From Methanomicrobia archaeon (GTDB lineage: Archaea; Halobacteriota; Syntropharchaeia; Alkanophagales; Methanospirareceae), in NCBI GenBank assembly GCA_011049045.1, contig DSCO01000057.1:8015-72014 (forward strand): DNA of 64,000 bases. The letters run 5' to 3'. Below the pieces are notes generated by a model. It saw only the letters and a list, made by a program, of their open reading frames with translations, had not been told where the DNA came from and ran no database searches. Within the stretch, counting starts at the first letter, position 1; every line of letters begins with the position of its first letter. Position numbers and translations under genes: made by a program. Positions 1-10,426 of the stretch are shown one piece after another.

Positions 1-86
1 CACCTCGTTCTTTCAGTATCTCGGTAATGGTATAGGATACCGGTCCGGGGGTATTTATAGTTTTCTATATTTCGCGGCCGGTACCC

Positions 87-398
87 TCATCCCTTCAGCA
101 CAATCTCTATGTGCACGTCTTTGGGAATAGGTATGCGCATCAGTTGCCGTAGCGCCCGTTCGTCCGCTTCAAGGTCGATCAAGCGCTTATGGATGCGCAT
201 CTCCCAGTGGTCCCAGGTTGGTGAGCCTTCACCGTCCGGGCTCTTCCTGCAGGGCACGACGAGTTTCTTGGTGGGGAGCGGAATGGGCCCGGACATCCGG
301 ACGCCCGTCGTCTCGACTATCCGCTTCACCTGCAGACAGATTTCGTCCAGTTTCTTGTGATCTATGCTCGAGAGCTTTATCCGTGCTTTTTGGTTCAT
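87..398 (-). CDS. rps10: 30S ribosomal protein uS10 (S10)
   Basis: 103 aa; conserved S10 fold sequence (…GPIPLPTKK…); sits immediately downstream of aEF-1alpha as in the archaeal tuf-rps10 operon. Confidence 0.9.
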   Translation of the reverse strand: MNQKARIKLSSIDHKKLDEICLQVKRIVETTGVRMSGPIPLPTKKLVVPCRKSPDGEGSPTWDHWEMRIHKRLIDLEADERALRQLMRIPIPKDVHIEIVLKG

Positions 399-462
399 CT
401 TCTTCCCGCTCTATTCCTTCTGATGACGCGCTTTGAGTGACGAGTGCCGTCGGGGGGCTATT

Positions 463-1728
463 TCATTTCTCCTTGATATCTATGACCATGCCTGCGGCTA
501 CGGTCTGCCCCATGTCCCGGATCGCGAACCGGCCGAGCTGCGGGATCTCCTTCACCTTCTCGATCACCAGTGGTCGTGTTGGCTTTACCTTGACGACTGC
601 CGCATCGCCCGTCTTGATAAAGTCGGGATGCTCTTCCTTTGTGGCACCGGTTCGCGGATCTAACTTCTTGCTGATCTCCGTGATGGTGCAGGCAATTTGC
701 GCGGTGTGGCAATGGAAGACGGGTGTATACCCAATGGTAATCGCCGTGGGATGCTGCAGCACAATGAGCTGTGCGGTGAACTCGTCGGCAATGGTCGGCG
801 GTGAGTCAGTGTGGCCACAGACATCGCCCCTCCGGATATCTGTTCGGCCGACGCCACGGACGTTCCAGCCGATATTATCACCAGGAAGCGCTTCGGCTAT
901 CTCCTCATGATGCATCTCAATGGACTTCACCTCGCCGGTCTTCGCTGCCGGGTTGAAGATCACCTTATCACCTTTCTTGATCTTACCGGTTTCAACACGA
1001 CCCACCGGCACCGTGCCCGCACCCGTAATGGTGTACACGTCCTGCACGGGTATGCGCAGCGGAAGATTGATCGGCTTCTCCGGTACCTTCATGAGATCCA
1101 GTGTCTGCACGAGCGTCGGCCCGTCGAACCAGGGCATCTTATCGCTCTTCTTCATGATATTCTGGCCCTCAAACGCCGATACCGGGATGAAGATTACGCT
1201 CTCTTCCTTGTAGCCCACCATCTTCAGCAGAGTCATCACCTCTTTCTTCAGCTCCTCGTAGTGCCCCTGCTCGTAGTTCACCCGGTCCATCTTATTGATC
1301 GCGATAATGAGCTGCGAGACGCCCAGCGTGCGTGCCAGGAAGACATGCTCCTTCGTCTGCGCCATGATCCCGTCCTTCGCATCCACCACCAGGACAGCCG
1401 CATCCGCCTGAGACGTGCCGGTGATCATGTTCTTGACGAAGTCCCGGTGACCCGGGCAATCGACGATGGTATAATAAAACTTTTCAGTATCAAATCTCTG
1501 ATGAGCGACGTCAATGGTAATCCCTCGCTCTCGTTCATCCTTCAAACTATCCATCACCCAAGCAAACTCGAATGAGCCTTTCCCGATCGCATCTGCTTTC
1601 TTCCTGTACTCGTCGATCACGTGTGGGTCGATCACCCCCGCGTCCATAAGCAGCCGTCCCAGCAGCGTTGACTTGCCGTGGTCAATGTGGCCGATTATCG
1701 CCAAATTCATATGCTCTTTCTCTGCCAT
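463..1728 (-). CDS. tuf: Translation elongation factor aEF-1 alpha
   Basis: 421 aa; G1 motif [18 protein letters not shown]; full-length EF-1alpha/EF-Tu family. Confidence 0.95.
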   Translation of the reverse strand: MAEKEHMNLAIIGHIDHGKSTLLGRLLMDAGVIDPHVIDEYRKKADAIGKGSFEFAWVMDSLKDERERGITIDVAHQRFDTEKFYYTIVDCPGHRDFVKNMITGTSQADAAVLVVDAKDGIMAQTKEHVFLARTLGVSQLIIAINKMDRVNYEQGHYEELKKEVMTLLKMVGYKEESVIFIPVSAFEGQNIMKKSDKMPWFDGPTLVQTLDLMKVPEKPINLPLRIPVQDVYTITGAGTVPVGRVETGKIKKGDKVIFNPAAKTGEVKSIEMHHEEIAEALPGDNIGWNVRGVGRTDIRRGDVCGHTDSPPTIADEFTAQLIVLQHPTAITIGYTPVFHCHTAQIACTITEISKKLDPRTGATKEEHPDFIKTGDAAVVKVKPTRPLVIEKVKEIPQLGRFAIRDMGQTVAAGMVIDIKEK

Positions 1729-1770
1729 CTTTTCTTCCCTCCTTTTCTTCTATCCTATGCTTCCACGAGC

Positions 1771-1782
1771 CTATAAACTTTA
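1771..1782 (-). promoter_or_regulatory. Putative TATA box (AAAGTTTATAGG on minus strand) for tuf
   Basis: TTTATA motif ~45 nt upstream of tuf ATG in divergent intergenic region; sequence only. Confidence 0.3.
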
Positions 1783-1869
1783 GCTCTACATCCTATATAA
1801 TTCTATCACTTTTTAACCTACCCCGGGACGCATCATCCCCTCTCCGGGTGCTCTGACCGCTGCGGTGCC

Positions 1870-2772
1870 ATGAAGATCAAACCTGAATGTCTCGCCTGTC
1901 TGGTGGATCGCGCGCACTTTGAATGTGATCGGCTCTTCAGGGACGAGCGCGAGAAATTCGGCGCGCTCGGAGAGGTCATCAGGTTCCTCAGCACCCATCT
2001 GGAGACGGACGAGCTGCACTCACCCCCGTTTTATGGCACCGAGCGCGAACGGATATTACAGCGGCGGAGTGGCATTCGTGATCCCCATGCGGAGGCGAAA
2101 CGACTGAATAACGCCCTTGCACGCAGTCTACTGCCCGCGGCAGAGCGCTTCTTCGAGGCTGCGACTGACAGGCTCGAGGCCCTGATCAGGATCGCGGCTG
2201 CGGCGAACTCGATGGAGTACGGGGTGAAAGGGTATGAGTACAGCGAAGCGCGTTTTGCGCAGATCTTCGATCGCACGCTCCACGAGCCGCTCGTGTGGAA
2301 TCGTCCGGCAATTTTCACAGCGATCCGGGCGCATGAGCGGATACTATACCTGACGGATAATGCGGGCGAGATCGTTTTTGACGCCTTTGTGGTGCGGAAG
2401 CTGGCGAACCTGGGCAAGGTGATCGTGCTCTCGCCGAAGAGCGCGCCCGTCCTGAACGATGCGACGGTCGAGGATCTCAAGGAAGCAGGGATCGCGGGCT
2501 CAGAGAACGGGATCAGGATCGTGCCGAGTGGTGCGTACATCGGGCTCTCACTGGAGGAAGCGACGGAGGCGTTCCTGGACGTGTTCCGAGACGAGCGGTA
2601 TCTGGTGATGGCGAAGGGCATGGGTAACTATGAGGCGATCTCGGAGTTTGAGACGCGAGCGGATCTCAGACTGAAGGGGCGACTGCTCTACATCCTGCGG
2701 GCCAAATGTGAGCCGGTAGCGCGGAGCCTGGGCGTCAACCGGGGCGATTTGGTCGCGCGTCTGATCGCGTAA
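1870..2772 (+). CDS. DUF89-family (damage-control phosphatase ARMT1-like) protein
   Basis: 300 aa; N-terminal CxxC (CLACL) and overall pattern recalled from archaeal DUF89 proteins; family assignment from memory only. Confidence 0.55.
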   Translation: MKIKPECLACLVDRAHFECDRLFRDEREKFGALGEVIRFLSTHLETDELHSPPFYGTERERILQRRSGIRDPHAEAKRLNNALARSLLPAAERFFEAATDRLEALIRIAAAANSMEYGVKGYEYSEARFAQIFDRTLHEPLVWNRPAIFTAIRAHERILYLTDNAGEIVFDAFVVRKLANLGKVIVLSPKSAPVLNDATVEDLKEAGIAGSENGIRIVPSGAYIGLSLEEATEAFLDVFRDERYLVMAKGMGNYEAISEFETRADLRLKGRLLYILRAKCEPVARSLGVNRGDLVARLIA

Positions 2773-2860
2773 CCTGCCGTACTGCAGGTGACAGGTACGG
2801 ATCGAACGAACAGTGAAGAGCTACTTATGGATCGGTGCGAAAATAGAAGTGGAACGAACG

Positions 2861-4165
2861 ATGGTGGAAATCATACCTTTCACGGCGACGATCTTGAATC
2901 CCGAGCTGGAGAACAGGACAGAACTGGTATGCCCGGTATACGATACTATTGATGCGCAGCAGTACGAGCGCTACGCGGCGAGGGAGAACAACGTTATTCA
3001 CTTTACCACCCGACGAGACGGTCTTGCAGAAGACGAGTTCATCGCGTCCGCGACGCGGAGCCTGGCGCGTTTTTTCCGTGAAGGGCTCTTAACGGTGCGT
3101 GCACGACCGTCTTTTTACCTCTACGGGGTGCGCTATACCGTTCCCGAGGGCATTGCAGCCCAGCTCCCGGCCGGGAAGCGAACTGAGGTATATGTATGCT
3201 TTGGCCTCGTCGCACTCGTGAAGGTGGGGCAGCGCAACGAGCCTGCGATCGTGGGACACGAGCGCACGTTTGAGGCGAAGACGCAGGAACGCGTCCATCT
3301 GATGCGGGCCTGCGGTATGAACTTCTCACCGATCGTCGCGGAATACTCGATGCCCGGGCATGAACTCAATCGACTCTTTGAGACCTATCTCGGCGTTCTC
3401 AGGCCGGATCTGAAGTTACGCGAGCAGCGGAAGCCACTGGTGGACGTCGAGGTGAACGGTGCTCACCATCTGCTCTGGGAGATTGCTGATGACTCGCTCA
3501 TCGAGCGGATTCAGGAGCTCATGCGCGACAAGGAACTCATGATCCTCGACGGGCATCATCGCTACACGGCTGCGTGTCAGCTGAGCCAGGATCTGGCGGA
3601 AGGGACGGCGTATACGCTCATGACGCTCGTTGAGGGCGGTGATCGTGCGCTGCTGCTCTTGCCGTGGCATCGCTGCGTGCGAGCATGTCATATGGCTGAG
3701 CTCAGGCAGCGAATAGAAGCGTATTTCGCGGTAGAACCACTGGACCGGGATGCAGGGGAGGCCGCGCTCTATAAGCAACTCCATGAGTCTGGCGGAGGAC
3801 TCGATGTCCGGTTCCTCATGTATGACGGCGACCGTTTTTATCTGTTACGCGCCGATGAGCAGCGCGTGCGGCAGCTGGCGAACGAGCGCGGCGAACGCGT
3901 GGGTCTGGACGTTATCAGCCTGCATGAGTGGCTGATCGGCCCAACGCTGATCGGCAAACCGGAGGATCTCGTGTTTACCGCGAGCCCGCGCGAGGCGGTG
4001 GATAACGTGAATAAGGGCGGCTTCCAGGTTGCTTTTATACTCAAGCCGCTTCAGATCGCTGAGGTGGAATACAAGGCGCACAGTGAGCGTAAACCGTTCC
4101 CGCAAAAGTCCACGCTCTTCCTGCCAAAGGTCGCGGAGGGCGTGGTGATGTGGCGATGGAAATGA
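2861..4165 (+). CDS. DUF1015-family protein
   Basis: N-terminus (M)VEIIPFTATI…VVCPVYDTI and conserved DGHHR motif typical of DUF1015; ORF track starts 16 codons earlier (2813). Confidence 0.65.
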   Translation: MVEIIPFTATILNPELENRTELVCPVYDTIDAQQYERYAARENNVIHFTTRRDGLAEDEFIASATRSLARFFREGLLTVRARPSFYLYGVRYTVPEGIAAQLPAGKRTEVYVCFGLVALVKVGQRNEPAIVGHERTFEAKTQERVHLMRACGMNFSPIVAEYSMPGHELNRLFETYLGVLRPDLKLREQRKPLVDVEVNGAHHLLWEIADDSLIERIQELMRDKELMILDGHHRYTAACQLSQDLAEGTAYTLMTLVEGGDRALLLLPWHRCVRACHMAELRQRIEAYFAVEPLDRDAGEAALYKQLHESGGGLDVRFLMYDGDRFYLLRADEQRVRQLANERGERVGLDVISLHEWLIGPTLIGKPEDLVFTASPREAVDNVNKGGFQVAFILKPLQIAEVEYKAHSERKPFPQKSTLFLPKVAEGVVMWRWK

Positions 4166-4186
4166 GTACGTGTCCGGTGCAAATCG

Positions 4187-4729
4187 TTACCGGAAGTACA
4201 AGTCCGGATTCAAAAAAGGGATCAACGCAACGGTTAGCCCAGCCACGTAATACGCTTTCCGGCTCAGTACGCCCCGGGTGAAGAAGCCCACCGCGCCCTG
4301 TTTCTGTTTCGTGTTCTCCGCACCGGTCATCCGATCCATCACGTCCCCCAGTTCGAGACCTGTTCGTTTTACGAGTTCAGCACTGACGGCGTTCGGCAGC
4401 TCAAAGAACGGTGTGGTACCGTATCCTCTCCGTCCACAAGCGTCAATCAGGCACACGGCGCCAAAGGCGAACCAGCGCTGCCTGAGCTTCTTGATGCCAC
4501 CTTCAATGCCCACAAAGAACTGCGCATGCAGGTTCAGCGCGTCGTTCAGTTCTCTCAAACGGTCCGCACGATGCTCAGCACCTTCGAACGTCTCGTCCTC
4601 GACCGGTTGAGCGGAGACGCCACTACTTACCTCGAGTGCAATGACTTCGACCGCGTCGAAGAACAATCCAAACGCCTCCTTTGTCGCATCCACCTTTACG
4701 GGATTCCGAGAGCCGACCAAAACGTTCAT
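4187..4729 (-). CDS. Inosine/xanthosine triphosphatase-like NTPase (YjjX/DUF84 family)
   Basis: 180 aa; N-term MNVLVGSRNPVKVDA…, C-term YYVAGLTVALIPFLNPDLY resemble YjjX family. Confidence 0.6.
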   Translation of the reverse strand: MNVLVGSRNPVKVDATKEAFGLFFDAVEVIALEVSSGVSAQPVEDETFEGAEHRADRLRELNDALNLHAQFFVGIEGGIKKLRQRWFAFGAVCLIDACGRRGYGTTPFFELPNAVSAELVKRTGLELGDVMDRMTGAENTKQKQGAVGFFTRGVLSRKAYYVAGLTVALIPFLNPDLYFR

Positions 4730-4825
4730 GGTCTGTGGTTGGTTATGCTTATCGCCTCGATGCGATCGATGGTGCGCACCAGCGAACAGTTAAATAGCGC
4801 GGGAAAAAGTTATAACTACATACAC

Positions 4826-6037
4826 ATGCGTGCTGATCTCCCTCACCGATCTACCACTATTGTCCTCATTGCGGCGCTCTGTGTCTTCAGCACGCAGTTC
4901 GGTGTTACGGTGATCGCACCGCTGCTCGGCGTATGGGTAGCGGCCTCGGCGGCGCCGTTTCTCGTTGCTGCAGTGATCTTCTCAGCGTTCACCATGGTGA
5001 GCACACCGCTCAATATCCCTGGCGGTATGCTCTCGGATCGCTGGGGGAGGAAGCCGTTGATTGTTGCGGGGCTCTCGCTCTACGCGCTCGCGTCGGCACT
5101 CTTCCCGTTCTCCACAGACCCCTACGATTGGATCTTTGTTCGCGCGATTCAGGGCGCAGGTGCAGGCTTGTTCTTCCCGGCAATCACCGCGTTACTGTCC
5201 GAGGTGACGAGTTCTGAGGAACGCGGGCGGGCGGTGGGCGTCTACAACATTGGTCTGGGGCTCGGGCTGGCGGTCGGTCCAGCATCGGGCGGCATCCTCT
5301 TTGATAACTATGGCCTCTACACGCCGTTCTTCGTCTGCGTTGTTTTCGCGCTCATCAGCGTTGTTCTCGTGGTTCTTTTTGTTGAGGAGCCCGGAGAGCG
5401 GGTGATTAGACGCGGCAGAGAGCTCGCATTACGCGAGTATGAACGTCGATTGCTGCTGCTTGCCGGTCTGGTTATTTTCTTCGGGATCGGTGTGGCCGCG
5501 ATAATGGGCGCGCTCTTCTCGCCCTATGCCCTCGCGCTCGAGCATCTCAAGCTCTCAGCGGGCTTTATTGGCATTATTCTTTCGATCATGTTCCTGGTGT
5601 TCGCGGTTTTGCAGCTCGGCCTGACGAGGTTGATGCAGCGGCTGGGTGCGCTCGTGCTCGCGCTGGCGGGCTTGATCCTCTGTTCCGGTGGTCTGCTGAT
5701 CCTCTATCAGGCAACCAGCGTGCTCGAACTCGTGCTTATGAGCGTCCTTCTCGGGACGGGCCTGGGCGCGGTCTCGCTGGGTACCTTGACGCTGGCCACG
5801 ACCGTAGCAGGAACGGTTGAGGGCGACCAGGAACGTCGGGGGAAGGTGATGGGCATCTATTACACGGTATTTTATGCGGGCCTGGGCGGCATACCGCTCC
5901 TTTGCGGCGCGCTTTCCGAGCTCGTCGGTGCGCGTGTGCTCTTCCTGGGGTACGCGGCGCTGCTGCTCGTGGTTACGGGCGTGGCGTGGCGGCTGGGGAT
6001 GGGCACGGGGACTTCACACGTGCGTGAACCCGCGTGA
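4826..6037 (+). CDS. MFS transporter
   Basis: ~404 aa, 12 predicted TM segments, MFS motif GxLSDRWGRK; ORF-track start at 4526 overlaps the convergent upstream gene, internal ATG at 4826 (MRADL…) chosen. Confidence 0.75.
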   Translation: MRADLPHRSTTIVLIAALCVFSTQFGVTVIAPLLGVWVAASAAPFLVAAVIFSAFTMVSTPLNIPGGMLSDRWGRKPLIVAGLSLYALASALFPFSTDPYDWIFVRAIQGAGAGLFFPAITALLSEVTSSEERGRAVGVYNIGLGLGLAVGPASGGILFDNYGLYTPFFVCVVFALISVVLVVLFVEEPGERVIRRGRELALREYERRLLLLAGLVIFFGIGVAAIMGALFSPYALALEHLKLSAGFIGIILSIMFLVFAVLQLGLTRLMQRLGALVLALAGLILCSGGLLILYQATSVLELVLMSVLLGTGLGAVSLGTLTLATTVAGTVEGDQERRGKVMGIYYTVFYAGLGGIPLLCGALSELVGARVLFLGYAALLLVVTGVAWRLGMGTGTSHVREPA

Positions 6038-6054
6038 TTCGCGCATGCCCGAGC

Positions 6055-6816
6055 TCAGGTATCCTCAGGCGCCTGTGCGATCTTTATCAGCGCCTCCCGC
6101 TCCATGAAATGGAGTTCACCGGGTACCACGAGCACATGCGGAAGCGCACCGAACTCGTAGCGCTTCAAGGCCGCGGGGTAATCCGCCTTCACAACCGGGT
6201 CTGCAGAGCCTGCACGCGCGATACCGACGCATACTGAGGTCTTCAGCAGTGTTCCACCTCGCGTGTCCTCAACGGTCTCCAGCAGCGCCAGCGCATCGGC
6301 TATGCGCATCGTCAGGTCGAGATAGAGCAGGGTATGCAACCCGCGCTCCTTATTGGCCTGAATCGTGTTGTACGGCACTTCCGATACGATGCCTTTATAG
6401 GGCGGCGTGACCGTTGCGGATTTCCCGAATTTATAGTTCTGGAGCCCGCAGAGCCCCGCAACCGCGGAGGCGATGGACGGCGCGTGGATCACCTGCGTCG
6501 CGATGCCCGCGTCGATCGCACGCAGTCGCAGATCCACGTGCGTGGTCGCAATCATGGCATCACCGCCGCTGAGCAAGACCACGTCACGATCTCGCGCGAG
6601 CGTCAAGATCCGCTCATCCGCGTGCTCTTCAAGGTCGCTCCGCTCCAGCAGGACGATGGGTTTATTGTACAGCGCTTCCAGCTTCGCAATCGTTTTGCCG
6701 CCCAGCGGCGAGGTATAAAACTCGGCGAAGACGCTATCTGCCGCTCGTATCGCATCCAGGCCCTTCAGGGTGATGTCCCGCTCATCGTAGAGGCCGAGGC
6801 CGACGAAGGTGAGCAT
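6055..6816 (-). CDS. dph5: Diphthine synthase
   Basis: Starts MLTFVGLGLYDERDITLKG… typical DphB/tetrapyrrole-methylase fold; internal start chosen over 26-codon N-extension. Confidence 0.85.
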   Translation of the reverse strand: MLTFVGLGLYDERDITLKGLDAIRAADSVFAEFYTSPLGGKTIAKLEALYNKPIVLLERSDLEEHADERILTLARDRDVVLLSGGDAMIATTHVDLRLRAIDAGIATQVIHAPSIASAVAGLCGLQNYKFGKSATVTPPYKGIVSEVPYNTIQANKERGLHTLLYLDLTMRIADALALLETVEDTRGGTLLKTSVCVGIARAGSADPVVKADYPAALKRYEFGALPHVLVVPGELHFMEREALIKIAQAPEDT

Positions 6817-6933
6817 ACTGACCTGTAGCGCGTCTGAGCAGAAAAGGGTTCGAAGCACGGCGCAGCGCCCTAACCGCCGTTCTAACCGGCTCAAAGCTTT
6901 AAAACCGACCGGCCTCTACTACTACCACAGGTC

Positions 6934-8622
6934 ATGTTCCTCCAGTTCAAAGAAGAAGCGAGTAACCTGCTCAAGGCGGCATTAGAAGCAGCGTCGTATG
7001 ACCGTGGCGAGCTTACGGTGGATCTTGAGGAGAGCGAGCATGCCGATCTCGCATCACGAATTGCGTTTTCACTGGCGCGGTCGTACAGGAAGCCGCCCGC
7101 AGTCATCGCCGCGGAGATCGTTGCGCACGCCACTATCCCGCCGTCTTCGCTCATTAGGGAGGTCGTGGCCGTCGGACCGTATATCAACTGCTTCGTGAAC
7201 GAGTCGTTCCTGGCTGCGACGTTACAGTACGTGGAGACGGGCACAGTTCCTCCGGACAAGAACGAGCGGATCATCCTCGAGCATACCTCGGCGAACCCCG
7301 ACGGGCCCCTGCATATCGGCCATCTCAGAAATGCGGTCATCGGCGACACGCTGGTGCGTGTGCTGCGTCGCGCGGGCTATGAGGTGGAGCCGCAGTACTA
7401 TCTGAACGATATGGGGCGGCAGATCGCGGTCGTCGTCTGGGGCGCTGAACGGATGCGATATGACGAGACGAAGAAGGTCGACCATGCCGTTGCTGACGTT
7501 TATATCGCGGCGAACCGGATGCTGGCGGAGCAGAGCGAGTACCAGGAAGAGGTGGGCGCGCTCATGCGGCGTTACGAGGCGGGCGACGAGACGGTCATGC
7601 GCAACTATGATGCCGCGGTGCAGAAATGCCTTGCGGGCATTCAAGACTCGTTCTCGCGATTGAACATCCAGCCCGTGACGTACAAATACGAGAGCGAATT
7701 TGCGCGAAGTGGCGCGGTACGAGCGGTGATCGAGGAGTTGAAGCAGAAAGGGGAGATCAAACGCGAAGGTGAGGCGGTCTTGCTCCAGCTGGCGGGCATT
7801 GAAAAAGCGCTGGTGATACAGCGATCGGACGGGACCTCGTTGTACACCACCCGGGATCTGGCCTACCACCGCTGGAAGGGCGAGCACGGTGACCGGGTGA
7901 TCGATGTCTTTGGCAAGGACCATGAGCTGGTCTCGCAGCAGTTGCGTAAGGCGCTGGAGCTTCTGGGCGTGAAGGCGCCGGAGTTCGTCATCTTCGCGTT
8001 CGTCTCGCTTCCATCAGGCTCGCTCTCCACACGTGCGGGGCGCTACATAGCAGCCGACGATCTCATGGAGCAGATCGAGGAACGGTCCTTCGAAGCGGTC
8101 GCGAAACGGCGGACCGATCTGAGTGATCAGCGTAAACGCGAGATCGCACGCATGGTGGGTATCGGTGCTTTGCGGTACGATATCGTGAAGGTATCGCCTG
8201 ATAAACACATCGTCTTCGATCTCGACGAGGCGCTGGACATCGAGAAGAAGGGCGCACCGTTCATTCAGTACGCGCACACCCGCGCATGCAGCATCTTGCG
8301 TGCTGCGGAGGAACAAAACTATGCGGTACCCGAGCACTACAACGGTGCGGTCCTGCAGGAGCCGAGTGAGATCGCGTTGATCAAGAAGCTGGCGAAGTTC
8401 GATTATGTGGTCGAAGCGGCCGCCACTGATTTGAAGGTGCATCAGGTTGCCAAATACGCACGTGAGCTCGCGGAGCTGTTCAACCTGTTCTATAAGGATT
8501 GTCCGGTACTTACCGCAGTAGACGAACTACGGAACGCGCGATTGGTCCTCGTGGACTGCGCACGGATCGTGCTACGGGACGTGCTGGACGTGTTGGGTAT
8601 AGAAGCACCGGCTGAGATGTGA
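6934..8622 (+). CDS. argS: Arginyl-tRNA synthetase
   Basis: 562 aa; class I HIGH motif (PLHIGHLRNAVIGD), anticodon-binding C-terminal domain. Confidence 0.93.
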   Translation: MFLQFKEEASNLLKAALEAASYDRGELTVDLEESEHADLASRIAFSLARSYRKPPAVIAAEIVAHATIPPSSLIREVVAVGPYINCFVNESFLAATLQYVETGTVPPDKNERIILEHTSANPDGPLHIGHLRNAVIGDTLVRVLRRAGYEVEPQYYLNDMGRQIAVVVWGAERMRYDETKKVDHAVADVYIAANRMLAEQSEYQEEVGALMRRYEAGDETVMRNYDAAVQKCLAGIQDSFSRLNIQPVTYKYESEFARSGAVRAVIEELKQKGEIKREGEAVLLQLAGIEKALVIQRSDGTSLYTTRDLAYHRWKGEHGDRVIDVFGKDHELVSQQLRKALELLGVKAPEFVIFAFVSLPSGSLSTRAGRYIAADDLMEQIEERSFEAVAKRRTDLSDQRKREIARMVGIGALRYDIVKVSPDKHIVFDLDEALDIEKKGAPFIQYAHTRACSILRAAEEQNYAVPEHYNGAVLQEPSEIALIKKLAKFDYVVEAAATDLKVHQVAKYARELAELFNLFYKDCPVLTAVDELRNARLVLVDCARIVLRDVLDVLGIEAPAEM

Positions 8623-8651
8623 CCGCGCACACACCGGTGAAAACCCTGGTT

Positions 8652-9479
8652 TTACTCCCGATACTTCCCGATCCGGTACTCAGCCTTGTATGGGTCACTG
8701 ACCGTGTTATTCCTGTAATCGACCGAGAGTGTGATGGCCCAGTAACCATCCCGTCCCTCATCGAGCAGGATATGTATCGAGTTCGTCTTGTGCAGGCCCG
8801 TTGCGACCAAAAAGTTACTATCATACCGGCCCCAGTAGGGGTCGATGATAGCCCAATTCGAGAGTGAGCGCCAATCACCGCCCGTGTAGATCATGCCATA
8901 CGTGTGCACGTCAGACGAGCCCCATGCGATCGTCTTCGGGCCCAGATATTTGTAGGCCAGGCGGCACAGATCACGGGTGTAATGGACACAGACCGCGTCA
9001 TCGTTCTTCGGTGGTTCGAGGCTCGTGTACTGTTTTATCCAGGTCGTCGTACGATTGAGATCCTGCGGGTACACAACTTCGTCGAGGATCATGGTCGCGT
9101 TTTTACGCTTATCGCTCGTGTAATTGGTCATGTTCCAGACCGAGATGTTCACGGTGACCTCGTATTGGTAATTCAGCGGGATGCGGGCGGCGAAATAGTC
9201 GAAGTCCCGTTTATCACAGCGCAGGTCCGCGTTCAAATCCCAGGGGACATATCGGGTATAGCGATCGTTGAAGTGGGATTTCAAGATGAGCAGGTCGATC
9301 TGGTTGATATACCCGTCATTGTTGAAGTCAAGATCAGTGATGGCGATAACCGGCTTCTGCTGCGGCTCATCCTGCGACTGCGGCTGCGCTTCAACGATCC
9401 CGCACCCGCAGATAGCCGCACAGAGGAGGAGCAGGATCGTAATACCTGTCACCTGGTACCGTAAAAGATCACTGCACAT
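8652..9479 (-). CDS. Secreted lipoprotein with dockerin-like Ca-binding repeats and transglutaminase-like cysteine-protease core
   Basis: Signal peptide + Cys-rich lipobox region; DLDFNNDGYINQIDLLILK and DLNADLRCDKRDFDYF dockerin/EF-hand-like repeats; C…H…D triad (AVCVHYTRDLCRLA … DVHTYGMIY … IIDP) matching transglutaminase-like fold. Confidence 0.55.
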   Translation of the reverse strand: MCSDLLRYQVTGITILLLLCAAICGCGIVEAQPQSQDEPQQKPVIAITDLDFNNDGYINQIDLLILKSHFNDRYTRYVPWDLNADLRCDKRDFDYFAARIPLNYQYEVTVNISVWNMTNYTSDKRKNATMILDEVVYPQDLNRTTTWIKQYTSLEPPKNDDAVCVHYTRDLCRLAYKYLGPKTIAWGSSDVHTYGMIYTGGDWRSLSNWAIIDPYWGRYDSNFLVATGLHKTNSIHILLDEGRDGYWAITLSVDYRNNTVSDPYKAEYRIGKYRE

Positions 9480-9539
9480 GCCAGCTTGACCTCCTCATCA
9501 AACGTCGTCTCAATCCCATGCCACAGGTTTACAATGCGC

Positions 9540-9776
9540 CTATTTTTCCTTTTTCAACTTCTCATAAAGTTCATCTCCGACACACTCGCGCGCATATTTG
9601 CACCACTGAACGCAGGACTCTATATCGTTGTAAACGGTAAACCCACAATTATCACAAATTATTTGCATCTCGTCAGAAAATAGCTCTACCTCTTCGCCGC
9701 AGTTTGGGCACTTCTTTAGTATGATTGTGGGGCTTCTTATATGTGCTGCACCCGGGCATTTATCAAATAGTGCCAT
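9540..9776 (-). CDS. Small zinc-ribbon protein (two CxxC pairs)
   Basis: 78 aa; CPNCGEE…CDNCG…C…C; AT-richer than surroundings. Confidence 0.4.
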   Translation of the reverse strand: MALFDKCPGAAHIRSPTIILKKCPNCGEEVELFSDEMQIICDNCGFTVYNDIESCVQWCKYARECVGDELYEKLKKEK

Positions 9777-9778
9777 AT

Positions 9779-10106
9779 CAGGACCGTATCATTGTCAGGA
9801 TCATCTTGAATCTCTTTATTGCATGTAATGCATGTGGCTCATTGGCGGGCATTATAACCATCTCTCACCCCCATTCACGCGAAGAGCTCTGCCTGAGATA
9901 GTAATCTCAGCTTCGCCTTCGATAAGATATACCATGGCGTCAAACGGCGTTGTATGCTCACTCAATCCTTGCCCGTGATCAAACGCGAAAAAAGTCACGG
10001 TACCTGTCTTCTTATCAAGTATCGTCCGGCTCACTATTGATCCTTCTTGATAATCCGCTAGATCGGATAACCGTATAGTTTTCGACACGAATCTTTCCAC
10101 GGGCAT
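9779..10106 (-). pseudogene. Frameshifted cupin-domain gene (paralogue of 28876..29223)
   Basis: First 78 aa ~75% identical to intact cupin at 28876; after …GGE the -1 frame encodes MVIMPANEPHALHAIKRFKMILTMIRS matching paralogue C-terminus (LVIMPANEPHALKAVKPFKMLLTMIRS), ending at 9779. Confidence 0.6.
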
Positions 10107-10426
10107 ATCTTCTTTTTCCGCTCCACCGCTAATTCCTCTTCCTCAGGTTGCAGCTAGTGTAGAGATTAAATCCCGGGTTTAAATCATTTTACCGGTTATT
10201 GGTGGAGCATGTCTTACTTCCCCCCGAGCCACACGCTTTTAGCCGCGAAACTGCCGCCTTCCGCGCGCTCATCCTGTTCACTCACTGCAGTATCTCCGAA
10301 TCTAAAACCATAGTAGGAAAACCCAAGCTGAACATCTGCTTTTCTGAGAAGAAAACGGTGAGGTGGATCTACTGCCACGGAACCCCGGATGTTTCAACGG
10401 CCTAGCACCTGATAGCTCACGGTTAC

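Noticed and set aside
811-1575. 254-aa ORF on + strand
   Set aside because: Entirely antisense to the highly conserved aEF-1alpha gene; GC-rich antisense frame artefact.
10199-10405. 68-aa ORF in the ORF-free segment next to the IS remnant
   Set aside because: No start context, no homology signal; region more likely non-coding (flagged as possible ncRNA/relic in findings).
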